43,094 bases of DNA from positions 1 to 43,094 of the IMG/VR virus record IMGVR_UViG_3300019487_000051; one strand, written 5' to 3'. A program made the translations under genes and the position numbers. The stretch comes from a virus. Of the stretch, positions 1 through 7,896 are shown in pieces; position 1 is the first letter of the stretch, and the number at the start of each line of letters is the position of its first letter. The notes below the pieces were generated by a model that was not told the origin of the DNA, ran no database searches, and saw only the letters and a list, made by a program, of their open reading frames with translations.

Positions 1-123
1 GAACATAAGAAAGCGGTGATGACTATCGGAGATGAAAACGAAGAGGTCGTAACCAAACGTCTCTATCCGAAAACCACCGGGACTGCCAGCTGCTACCAAT
101 TCTTCCGGCCGTGTTTGTTTCTC
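1..123. repeat. Terminal overlap: bases 1-123 are identical to 42972-43094 (circular or circularly permuted genome, unique length 42971 bp)
   Basis: Direct comparison of the first and last lines of the window. The repeat lies inside an ORF that continues across the junction. Confidence 0.95.
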
Positions 124-246
124 CAACATTGCAAAAGCGCCAGACTGACACCGTTTGGTAACGAGCTTGTTCAGAAGGAGGATGATTACGTCGATGTCTA
201 CACAAAGGAGGTAACGGATGGACAAGCGAGAGGAGGTAGCGAATGA
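1..246 (+). CDS. C-terminal part of the Cas4-like exonuclease (1-123 duplicates 42972-43094)
   Basis: Frame 1 translation EHKKAVMTIGDENEEVV... equals the last residues translated from 42972 onward. Stop at 244-246 overlaps the next ATG (ATGA). Confidence 0.6.
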   Translation, partial: EHKKAVMTIGDENEEVVTKRLYPKTTGTASCYQFFRPCLFLQHCKSARLTPFGNELVQKEDDYVDVYTKEVTDGQARGGSE

Positions 247-1097
247 ACCCACCAACCTTTCTGATGTACGGTGAATGGGGGATGGAGAAAACCCGTACGG
301 GGGTGTTGAAATTCCCCAAACCCCTAGCCGATTTCGATTTCGAGGGCGGTACAACCAGCCTACGAGGTGACTTGGAACTCACCGAACCCCCGCCTAACCT
401 TCCCGCGCAGTTCACAGCCTACCACTGTAAAACCGAACCATTCCCCGGGCCGGTTTACATTCGGCATTACAACACCGGGGAGAGGAAGCAATACCTCACC
501 GTCCTCGAAGACATTGCGGCGTTGAAGATGATCGCACGAGGGTTGAAACTAGCCAGCGTTCTCGGCGATGGAGTTAGCAATTTTAGCAAACTCGCACAGA
601 TCTACACCACCGGCTTGCCGTTGACGGACAAGCAGAAACGTAAGATGTCAGAGGAGGAGATCCGAGAATTCGAACTAGGTGTCAGCCTAGCCGGAATTGA
701 AGACTGGAATCCGATAAATGAAAGGCTGAGACAAGTCGTCCGGTCCATCCGTGACTTCCGTTCACTCGGTTGTCTTGTTGTTTGTACCTGCCTCGAACAA
801 CTCGAGATGGAAGGCTTCGGCACACCCAACCCAGTTGTTACCGGAGGTAAGCCAAACCTTCCAGGTAAAACTCGAGGTGAGATCCCCGGCGACTTTGACG
901 AAGTCTGGCACATTGCGAACGTGAAACTCGCAAACCCGGAAGGTGGCGTTCGGGAGTTTCGTGCCGCCAGAACGGCTCCGCATGGAATCTGGCATGCGAA
1001 AAGCCGGTTGAACCTTCCAGATCCGTTGAGCTTGGAGAAGATCCCCACCATCATCTCTCGGCTTATATCCAATTCCAACCAGGAGGCAACAACATGA
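243..1097 (+). CDS. Sak4-like / AAA_24-type RecA-family ATPase (recombination)
   Basis: N-terminal FLMYGEWGMEKT at the Walker A position (degenerate: Glu replaces the usual Gly before Lys-Thr). Later hydrophobic strand LVVCTCLEQ and C-terminal HAKSR, as in AAA_24 phage proteins. ATGA coupling on both sides. Lies between an exonuclease and a DUF669-like gene. Confidence 0.5.
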   Translation: MNPPTFLMYGEWGMEKTRTGVLKFPKPLADFDFEGGTTSLRGDLELTEPPPNLPAQFTAYHCKTEPFPGPVYIRHYNTGERKQYLTVLEDIAALKMIARGLKLASVLGDGVSNFSKLAQIYTTGLPLTDKQKRKMSEEEIREFELGVSLAGIEDWNPINERLRQVVRSIRDFRSLGCLVVCTCLEQLEMEGFGTPNPVVTGGKPNLPGKTRGEIPGDFDEVWHIANVKLANPEGGVREFRAARTAPHGIWHAKSRLNLPDPLSLEKIPTIISRLISNSNQEATT

Positions 1098-1558
1098 GTA
1101 GCGAGTTTGATGATTTGAAAGAAAGCGGGGCAGGAGTTGTGACAGAACCGGAAGAAGTTGTCGGAGGCAGGGCAGTCCCAGCAGATGATTGGGAAGTACC
1201 CGTCACGGAAGAAGACATCGAGGCGTGTAAGTTCCCAATGAACATCTGGACGAACGTTCGTGTCGACAAGGCGTTCAAAGGGGTTGGTAAAGAAAGCAAA
1301 CAGCCTCTGATCAACTGGCGGTTGGTTGCTACGAACGAGCCCTACATCGGCCAGAGCGTGCTCTACACGACCAGTTTGCAGAAACATGCGCTGTTCAGCC
1401 TGAACAACCTGTTTGAGGTGGTACGATTCAAACCCGTTCGAGGTTGGAAGCCGAAAGACTTGTACAACTTCGAGTTGGAGATCATCGCCGAGGGTGGTAG
1501 CTACAACGGCAAGGCGGTTATCAACGTCAAGGGCATGCGTCCGAAGGCGATACTGTAA
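1094..1558 (+). CDS. DUF669-like protein (putative ssDNA-binding partner of Sak4)
   Basis: 154 aa with an acidic N-terminus. Sits immediately after an AAA_24-type gene, the usual DUF669 synteny. The call rests on position and general resemblance only. Confidence 0.4.
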   Translation: MSSEFDDLKESGAGVVTEPEEVVGGRAVPADDWEVPVTEEDIEACKFPMNIWTNVRVDKAFKGVGKESKQPLINWRLVATNEPYIGQSVLYTTSLQKHALFSLNNLFEVVRFKPVRGWKPKDLYNFELEIIAEGGSYNGKAVINVKGMRPKAIL

Positions 1559-1647
1559 CATCCCGCCTCAGACCACCGCCAGTAGAATTCGTCTTGGTCA
1601 TGGCGAGGCAGAGTGTTGGGAGGCGGAAACTAGCCTGACCAGCTAGT

Positions 1648-1688
1648 CGGAGAGAGTCGACAGATTGGACGGTCATCGACTCTCTCCG
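1648..1688 (+). promoter_or_regulatory. Perfect 13-bp stem / 15-nt loop hairpin in the 163-nt leader upstream of queC
   Basis: cggagagagtcga (1648-1660) is the exact reverse complement of tcgactctctccg (1676-1688). No downstream T-run, so it is not a canonical intrinsic terminator. Confidence 0.5.
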
Positions 1689-1721
1689 CTGTAATCGAAC
1701 CTATAAAGGAGGCAACAGCAA

Positions 1722-2396
1722 ATGAAAGTACTCGTGATTCTTAGCGGAGGGCTTGATAGTACAGTCGCACTTGCGAGAGCGATCGATCTCCATGCACAAG
1801 TCAACGCATTGACTTTCTACTACGGGAGTAAACACAACGGGCGGGAGAACGAAGCCGCGATGGAGATTTGTAAACACTACCGCATCCCGCAACATGTGAT
1901 GAATTTGATGTTCATGAAACAGTTCAACTCAGCTCTGACTACTCGAGGGGAGGAAATCCCCCAAGGACATTACAGTGCGGAGAACATGTCCCGCACAGTT
2001 GTTCCGGGAAGGAATGCTATCCTGCTTAGTGTCGCTGCCGGATGGGCGGTAAACATCGGAGCACAGGAAATTTGGTACGGAGCACACGTCGGAGACCATC
2101 CGATTTACCCCGATTGCCGCTACGAATTCATCCACGCAATGCACAAAGCTCTGCTCCTCGGATATGGAGTAGACCTCCACGCTCCGTTTGTTGAAATGAC
2201 CAAAACACAAATCGTGAGAGAGGGGCGCGAGTTACACGTTCCGATACATCTAACTTACAGTTGCTACAACGGAGATGAGGAACACTGTGGCCGGTGCGGG
2301 ACTTGTGTCGAACGTGCAGAAGCATTCGCGTTAGCTGACGTTCCCGACCCAACAGTCTACACCGACCCAGAGTTCTGGAAGGGAGTGTGCCATTGA
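1722..2396 (+). CDS. queC: 7-cyano-7-deazaguanine (preQ0) synthase QueC
   Basis: PP-loop VLSGGLDSTVAL near the N-terminus. C-terminal Zn-site cysteines SCYNGDEEHCGRCGTCVERAEAF. RBS AAGGAGG upstream. Confidence 0.9.
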   Translation: MKVLVILSGGLDSTVALARAIDLHAQVNALTFYYGSKHNGRENEAAMEICKHYRIPQHVMNLMFMKQFNSALTTRGEEIPQGHYSAENMSRTVVPGRNAILLSVAAGWAVNIGAQEIWYGAHVGDHPIYPDCRYEFIHAMHKALLLGYGVDLHAPFVEMTKTQIVREGRELHVPIHLTYSCYNGDEEHCGRCGTCVERAEAFALADVPDPTVYTDPEFWKGVCH

Positions 2397-2965
2397 ACGA
2401 GAGAGATCTAAACCCAGATAAAGTTTCCACCGCTACTCGAGAGCTGCTACTCGCGTTAGGAGTAGACCTCACCGATCGGAATTTCAAAGACACTCCCGCA
2501 CGCGTCGCTCGGTTTATGATGGAGCTTTTTCGATCCAAACGATCGGACATGACAGCGTTCACGGAGGAGTACGATGGCATGATTATTCTCCGCGGACATG
2601 AGATGTGGACGTTGTGCCCTCACCACCTATTACCCGTTCGGATGATGGTCAGTATAGCCTACATCCCGTCACAAAGAGTTCTCGGTCTCAGCAAACTCGT
2701 TCGTTTAGTCGAACGCTTCAACACCAAACCATTGATGCAGGAGGAGATGACTCACAGCATCGCGGATTGGTTTGCCGACGGGGAGATAGAAGCCGCAGGC
2801 AGCGCGTGTTACATCACCGGCGAGCATCTCTGCATGCGGATGAGGGGGGTTAAAACCGGAGCAGATGTTGTTACCGCCGCATTTCGCGGGCAGTTACAGA
2901 AACAGAACGATCTCAAGAAAATGTTCATGGATATCGTCTGTGGACGAGAAGGGAGGAAGTTATGA
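2387..2965 (+). CDS. folE: GTP cyclohydrolase I (FolE/QueD-pathway entry enzyme)
   Basis: Signature WTLCPHHLLPV. MQEEMTH corresponds to the QERLT region. About 190 aa. GTG start overlaps the queC stop. Confidence 0.85.
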   Translation: MPLNERDLNPDKVSTATRELLLALGVDLTDRNFKDTPARVARFMMELFRSKRSDMTAFTEEYDGMIILRGHEMWTLCPHHLLPVRMMVSIAYIPSQRVLGLSKLVRLVERFNTKPLMQEEMTHSIADWFADGEIEAAGSACYITGEHLCMRMRGVKTGADVVTAAFRGQLQKQNDLKKMFMDIVCGREGRKL

Positions 2966-3017
2966 AATCTGTGGCCGTTGCTAGATTGCCAAGAACGCCC
3001 TGAGCGTTCCGATAGGA

Positions 3018-4694
3018 ATGTATTATCACTGTCCCGATTGCGGAGCAGATATGTTACCAAAACCCGAAGCATGTAACGGATGTCCGATGAGAAACATCGG
3101 GTTGGGGTTCGTACCTGGTCGCGGGACGCTGTCGCCCGATTTTATCGGTGTCGCACAAGCTCCCGGCAGCGACGAGGTGCATTCAGACGATCCTCAACCC
3201 CTCATCGGACCGAGCGGTAGGGTATTCTCTCGAGCGTTGTATGAGAACAATGTCACTCGGCAGAAAGTCTACCTGACAAATGTTTTGAAATGTCAACCAC
3301 CGAAGGACAAGCTACCGAGCAAAGACATCTTGCTGCCGGCTGTTGCGCATTGCACGAACGCGTATCTACGAAAAGAACTCGCAGTTGTCAAAGGTCCGGT
3401 GCTTGCCATCGGTGGGCTGTCACTGTACCACATGACAGGCAAAGAGCTACCGATCCTGACCTATCGTGGCTACCCGTATTGGAGCGAACGCTACTCTCGA
3501 TGGACAATCGGCACCATCCACCCCGCGATGGTGTTCAAGACTGCTACCGGCTCGGCAGATAAGAGCCCACCCGCGGCCATCATCCCAGCTCTGCAAAGCG
3601 ACATCCGGAAGATAAACCGTTTCACCAAACCAGCAGACATCGAAGAGAACATCGACCCGAGCGAAAGCGACATCCGGTTGGTTGTCGAGCAAGCTCTTGA
3701 CCAACGACTCGTCGCTGTCGACATCGAAACCCCCGGATTTGAAAAAGACGAAGACGAGGTATTCACCAGTGCTAAAGATATCCATCTCATCGGAGTGGCC
3801 ACAAGAGACAACCATGCAATCGTATGCTCCCCGTCGCAGTTTGAACTTCTCCGGCCCATCTTCGACCCACATAATCACGTGGTACAGATCGGGCAGAATT
3901 ATGTATCTGACCTACTCAGCCTATCGGCACGATACGGTTTCTCCGTTTCGGATACGCACGTTGAAGATATCATGCTTCAGTTTCACGCTCTATATAGCGA
4001 CTTACCGAAGCGGTTAGCTGTCATCGCGAGTTTTTTCACCACCCTACCGTATTGGAAACTAAGCAAAAAAGACTGGAAGGCAGGAGTTAGCCCCGAACGG
4101 TTCATGCGTTACAACGCGAAGGACACCATTGCGAACTGGATGTGTTTCCATGCCATGCAACCGTTGATCGAACAAAACGGGCTGACAGACACCTATCAAG
4201 CCATGCTCGGTTTGGTACCTTTCGCTGTGCAAATGTACGAGCTTGGCATCAACACCGATCAGACAACAGCTATGCGCATCCAGCTTGAACACGCGCAAGT
4301 CAACGATGCAATAGTCAAAGCGCTGACAACAGCCCTGCCGGGGTTCAACATTGAAAGCCCGATACAAGTTATGGAGCTGCTGTACGATCGGATGGGATTG
4401 CCGGAGCAGACGCACAAAGTCAAAGGCGTGGTCAAGCGGACAAGTAACGATGAGGCTTTGACCGCTCTGCAGCGGATGTTTCCACAAAACAAAACCCTCG
4501 GTTTGATTCAAACCTATCGAGGGAACAAAAAGATCATCGAGTATATCGACCATCCCGCACGTGGACGCGTTCATAGCTCGTTGAAGATCACTGGTACAGC
4601 TAGTGGGAGGTTAGAAAACCGAGAGCCGAATTTGATGCAACAACCGGATATCGTTCGCGTCGCCTACATCGCGGATGAGGAGTGTGACAGATGA
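3018..4694 (+). CDS. Family A DNA polymerase, N-terminal part: family-4 UDG-like domain, 3'-5' exonuclease and thumb. It ends just before motif A.
   Basis: N-terminal Cys cluster CPDCG...CNGCP, then GVAQAPGSDEV and GTIHPAMV (UDG family 4 motifs). VAVDIETPG (ExoI). TGTASGRLENREPNLMQQP followed by VRVAYIADEE, the conserved Pol I stretch that directly precedes motif A. Confidence 0.85.
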   Translation: MYYHCPDCGADMLPKPEACNGCPMRNIGLGFVPGRGTLSPDFIGVAQAPGSDEVHSDDPQPLIGPSGRVFSRALYENNVTRQKVYLTNVLKCQPPKDKLPSKDILLPAVAHCTNAYLRKELAVVKGPVLAIGGLSLYHMTGKELPILTYRGYPYWSERYSRWTIGTIHPAMVFKTATGSADKSPPAAIIPALQSDIRKINRFTKPADIEENIDPSESDIRLVVEQALDQRLVAVDIETPGFEKDEDEVFTSAKDIHLIGVATRDNHAIVCSPSQFELLRPIFDPHNHVVQIGQNYVSDLLSLSARYGFSVSDTHVEDIMLQFHALYSDLPKRLAVIASFFTTLPYWKLSKKDWKAGVSPERFMRYNAKDTIANWMCFHAMQPLIEQNGLTDTYQAMLGLVPFAVQMYELGINTDQTTAMRIQLEHAQVNDAIVKALTTALPGFNIESPIQVMELLYDRMGLPEQTHKVKGVVKRTSNDEALTALQRMFPQNKTLGLIQTYRGNKKIIEYIDHPARGRVHSSLKITGTASGRLENREPNLMQQPDIVRVAYIADEECDR

Positions 4695-5032
4695 ACGCGT
4701 TAGACGCTTTGCAGCGTATGACCAGCAACGACATTATCGTCGGGACGATAATCGAACTAGACGGTAACAAATACACCGTTATCCGTCTGTCCAAAGCGGT
4801 GGCTATAACGAAGGAGAAAGAACCCGGCTGGTCTGGAGCACAGAACAACCTATCGCAATTTCTTGTCAGACAAGTCACTCCGGAAGAGTCTGTGTTTTAC
4901 TTTTCCACCGAGGAGTGGGCAGTGCTACGTAAGAAGGAGAACGGAACGGTCTTCAGCTTGAACCTACTATGGAAAGTCCAAACCATCGACGAGTTTGTTA
5001 AGGAGAAAGAAAATGTACAACGGACAGAGTAA
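4691..5032 (+). CDS. Hypothetical protein inside the polymerase split
   Basis: 113-aa ORF. Its ATG overlaps the stop of polymerase part 1 (ATGA). No motif recognised. Confidence 0.4.
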   Translation: MNALDALQRMTSNDIIVGTIIELDGNKYTVIRLSKAVAITKEKEPGWSGAQNNLSQFLVRQVTPEESVFYFSTEEWAVLRKKENGTVFSLNLLWKVQTIDEFVKEKENVQRTE

Positions 5033-5201
5033 CAAACCAACTCGTTACGCAGTGCACTGTCCAGTTCATGGGCAGGTCTACCTGACAGAAGACGAACGCT
5101 TTCGCCAGCTTAACAGCTCAGACGATTGCTGGTCCTGTCCTGTGACGACCGATCCTGACGATTTCGGTCTTTGCGGGCGCGAAAAAGGGAGAGTGAGATA
5201 A
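5013..5201 (+). CDS. Small zinc-ribbon-like protein inside the polymerase split
   Basis: ATG 5013 is preceded by AAGGAG at 7-nt spacing. HCPVHG...CWSCP metal-binding pattern. The ORF-track start at 4995 is less likely. Confidence 0.4.
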   Translation: MYNGQSNKPTRYAVHCPVHGQVYLTEDERFRQLNSSDDCWSCPVTTDPDDFGLCGREKGRVR

Positions 5202-5331
5202 TGTACTGGATACCCAGGAAAGTGTGCTGAGTGCAAGACTATCTTCTATGAAGGCGATGCTCGCAAAACTTACAGTCAAATGCCACGGCGGCGCGATTGT
5301 TCTCGGGATTACATTGTGGGTGAAACATTAA

Positions 5332-6153
5332 ATGCCACTGCTATACGCGGATTTCAACCAAATCGAGTTATGGATAGTCGCACTAGAAGCGAACGATGAA
5401 CCCTTCCTTGCCATCCACGCGAGAGACGAATACGTTCACGGAGCAGCTTACGAAGATGTGTTCAAACCAGAACTGTTTTTCGAACCCGGCAAACCGAGAC
5501 GTAAAGAATTCCGTCTGCCAACGGTCACGCATGAAAAACTCAATCGAGCGAAGGCGATACCTCACGGGTTCAACTACAACCGTAAAGGCGCGTCTGTCGC
5601 AAAAGAACACAACTGGACTGAGAGGGAAGGTCGAACCTACGAAGACAAATACTTCACCGTTCATTGGGCAATTCGTGACTGGCATAAGAAAATCGACAAC
5701 GAGGTGTCAAGAGATGGACTGCTACGAAATAAATTCGGTCGGATCAGAAGATATCCGATTAAAGATAACAGTGTCTACAGCTACAAACCTCAGTCCGGAG
5801 CAGCAGACATACTTATACGTGCTATCCCGCGTATATTTGCGCGGCTTACTCTACCATCTCGAATCCTCCTTCCAGTTCACGACTCACTGCTCGTTCAGTC
5901 GCCGTGGGTTAAAATGGAACGAGACGCTCACGTTCTGGTTGAGGAGATGGAGAGACCGATTCCTCAACACAACAACTTCGTCTTCGGGACGGAGCTAAAA
6001 ATCGGTATGAACTGGAAAGACGCTGACGAGGGCAACCCTCTAGGACTAACCACCGTTACATTAGCCAATCTCCCGGAGGCAGTGCGTGAACTCGAAAAAC
6101 GATATCGTAGCAGTCAAACGGCTTATTCGATTGCTACGCGGGGAGAAGTTTGA
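5332..6153 (+). CDS. Family A DNA polymerase, C-terminal part (palm and fingers, motifs A, B, C)
   Basis: Begins MPLLYADFNQIELW (motif A, DYSQIELR-type). RAKAIPHGFNY (motif B). LLPVHDSLL (motif C). Confidence 0.85.
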   Translation: MPLLYADFNQIELWIVALEANDEPFLAIHARDEYVHGAAYEDVFKPELFFEPGKPRRKEFRLPTVTHEKLNRAKAIPHGFNYNRKGASVAKEHNWTEREGRTYEDKYFTVHWAIRDWHKKIDNEVSRDGLLRNKFGRIRRYPIKDNSVYSYKPQSGAADILIRAIPRIFARLTLPSRILLPVHDSLLVQSPWVKMERDAHVLVEEMERPIPQHNNFVFGTELKIGMNWKDADEGNPLGLTTVTLANLPEAVRELEKRYRSSQTAYSIATRGEV

Positions 6154-7516
6154 GACAACTAGTCCGGTGTTTGAAGCGACTCTTCGCTTTCTCCGACAGT
6201 TCCCGATCGACCTAGACGAAGACGATCGTACGCTGTTCAAACAAACAATCTGCACAAGCTTCGGTATAACCGAGGCTCAGTTGAAAACCTACACAGGTGG
6301 AGCGGAAGCTGACATGAACCTCGACAAGGCAGAACGGATACTCACCAGCGAGGATGCTTTCCGGCAGTGTTACCCTCCAAACGGTTTCTGTGCTCGATAC
6401 GACGAACTAACCTCCCACGTCGAGGCTCCGATCACCTTCCATATAATGTGTTTGTTAGCTATTCTCGGGAGTGCTCTTCGTCGTAGAACGTGGATGGAAC
6501 GTGGCTTCTACGATCTCTACCCCAACCTCTCCGTTGTTTTGATAGCCCCCGCTGGAGCGGCGAAGAAAGGTGCTGCGGTCTCTATCGCGGAAGGGTTGCT
6601 ACCTCCGGATCTAGTCAACGTTCTTGCGGAGAAGTTAACCCCGGAAGCTATCATCGAAGCGCTTGCGGAGGAGGAAGCTAACAGCGGTAAAGCCGCCGGG
6701 TTGCTCTGGGCTCCAGAACTCAGCGTGTTGCTCGGTAAACAAAAATACAACGATGGGATGATACCGTTGCTGAACGAACTGCTCGAATGTAAGAAGAAAT
6801 GGAAATCCCGAACAATCTCCCGAGGTGAAACCGAGCTCGGTGACATCTACGTCTCTCTCATCGGAGCGAGCACACCTGACCTCTTCGGGAGCAGTATGTC
6901 CAGCGCCGCACTCGACGGCGGGTTTATGTCTCGGCTGTTCCTCGTTGTCGAAGAGGGTAGTGATCGATCGTTCAGCGAGCCGAAAGTCGACAAGCTCGAA
7001 CTTCGTCGGATGCAGGGAGACATCTTCCGGATATTGCAGAAGCTCGAAGGGGAGATTAAACTATCCAAAGCCGCATACGATCTCTACGACAAATGGTACA
7101 ATACCCCTGACACTCTATCTGAGTTCCACGTCAAACTCGCTCCGTATTTGGAACGGAAGCCGGATCATTGCCTACGTATAGCCATCCTCTATCACTTCCT
7201 TGAACACACCGATCTGGTTATCTGTGACAGCTGCATAGCCTACGCAATCAAAACGATCGAGTTTCTGGAGAAACGCCTCCCGATCGCCTTTAACCGGTTG
7301 TTTGAATCTCGCGATGGAGAAGACGTCTCGTTGATATTGAAAGTCCTCCAACGTAATGGAGGGATGCTCGATCATGACAAGCTCATGGCGAAAACCAAAC
7401 ACCGTATGAGTTTCCAAAACCTGAAAGGACATCTAAGCACCCTTCGAGAGAGCGGTGAGATTAAGGAAGTTCACACCACTCTTGAACACTACTACATCCT
7501 CCGAAGGAAGGATTAA
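6086..7516 (+). CDS. Putative replication ATPase/helicase-like protein with C-terminal winged-helix (DUF3987-like)
   Basis: VVLIAPAGAAKKGAAV (atypical P-loop) and RLFLVVEEGSD (Walker B-like). C-terminal LKGHLSTLRESGEIKEV helix-turn-wing pattern. Lies after the polymerase. GTG start is uncertain and overlaps the polymerase by 68 nt. Confidence 0.35.
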   Translation: MNSKNDIVAVKRLIRLLRGEKFETTSPVFEATLRFLRQFPIDLDEDDRTLFKQTICTSFGITEAQLKTYTGGAEADMNLDKAERILTSEDAFRQCYPPNGFCARYDELTSHVEAPITFHIMCLLAILGSALRRRTWMERGFYDLYPNLSVVLIAPAGAAKKGAAVSIAEGLLPPDLVNVLAEKLTPEAIIEALAEEEANSGKAAGLLWAPELSVLLGKQKYNDGMIPLLNELLECKKKWKSRTISRGETELGDIYVSLIGASTPDLFGSSMSSAALDGGFMSRLFLVVEEGSDRSFSEPKVDKLELRRMQGDIFRILQKLEGEIKLSKAAYDLYDKWYNTPDTLSEFHVKLAPYLERKPDHCLRIAILYHFLEHTDLVICDSCIAYAIKTIEFLEKRLPIAFNRLFESRDGEDVSLILKVLQRNGGMLDHDKLMAKTKHRMSFQNLKGHLSTLRESGEIKEVHTTLEHYYILRRKD

Positions 7517-7518
7517 CT

Positions 7519-7896
7519 ATGTCTGCAAACGAAACCTGGGTTGATTTAGCAAAGACACTCGGTTACGAAACCGAACCGGATATGTGGAAAGACCTATACA
7601 ACATCAAAGACTGGTCGATAGGTAAGATCGCTATCCGGTTGGGGTATAGTAACACCGTTATTCGTCGGCGAATGACTTTGTGCGGGATCCAAATGCGAGG
7701 CAAAGGCGGACCGAACAACAAAGGCAAGGGGAGGAAGATTCTAGACCGCTTCGATCTAGACTTCGTGATGAACGCTCCAGTGAAAACTGTACTTGATAAA
7801 GCGAAAGTGACAGAAAGTACTCTGTGGAGGTATAGACGTGAAGCGAGGAAACAACAGCAACAGCAACCAGTTGCAGATCTGCCTAATCAGCCCTGA
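7519..7896 (+). CDS. Helix-turn-helix DNA-binding protein
   Basis: WSIGKIAIRLGYSNTVIRRRM is an HTH-like segment. Basic region, Gln-rich tail. Confidence 0.45.
   Translation: MSANETWVDLAKTLGYETEPDMWKDLYNIKDWSIGKIAIRLGYSNTVIRRRMTLCGIQMRGKGGPNNKGKGRKILDRFDLDFVMNAPVKTVLDKAKVTESTLWRYRREARKQQQQQPVADLPNQP

Noticed and set aside
1-123. Physical direct terminal repeat (T7-like DTR)
   Set aside because: The repeat lies inside a continuous coding sequence and is short. An assembly overlap of a circular or permuted genome is more parsimonious.
602-1561. 319-aa minus-strand ORF antisense to the Sak4-like and DUF669-like genes. Similar long antisense ORFs occur at 37284-38303 (in terL), 32357-33079 and 33374-33958 (in portal), and many lie inside the giant gene.
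   Set aside because: They fully overlap well-supported, motif-bearing, translationally coupled genes on the other strand. They are shadow ORFs with no recognisable motifs.
1559-1721. preQ1 riboswitch upstream of queC
   Set aside because: The 13-bp hairpin with a 15-nt loop, followed by CUGUAAUCGAACCUAUAAAGGAGG, does not fit the compact preQ1-I pseudoknot consensus. It is kept only as an item to exclude by covariance search.
5202-5331. Frame-0 stretch after the TAA at 5199 encoding ...YPGKCAECK...SRDYIVGETLN, which vaguely resembles a second copy of the Pol I RxAFxAxEG segment plus half a zinc finger
   Set aside because: It has no start codon or RBS and requires stop-codon read-through plus a frameshift to connect to anything. 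The similarity is short. It is noted only as a possible remnant within the polymerase insert.
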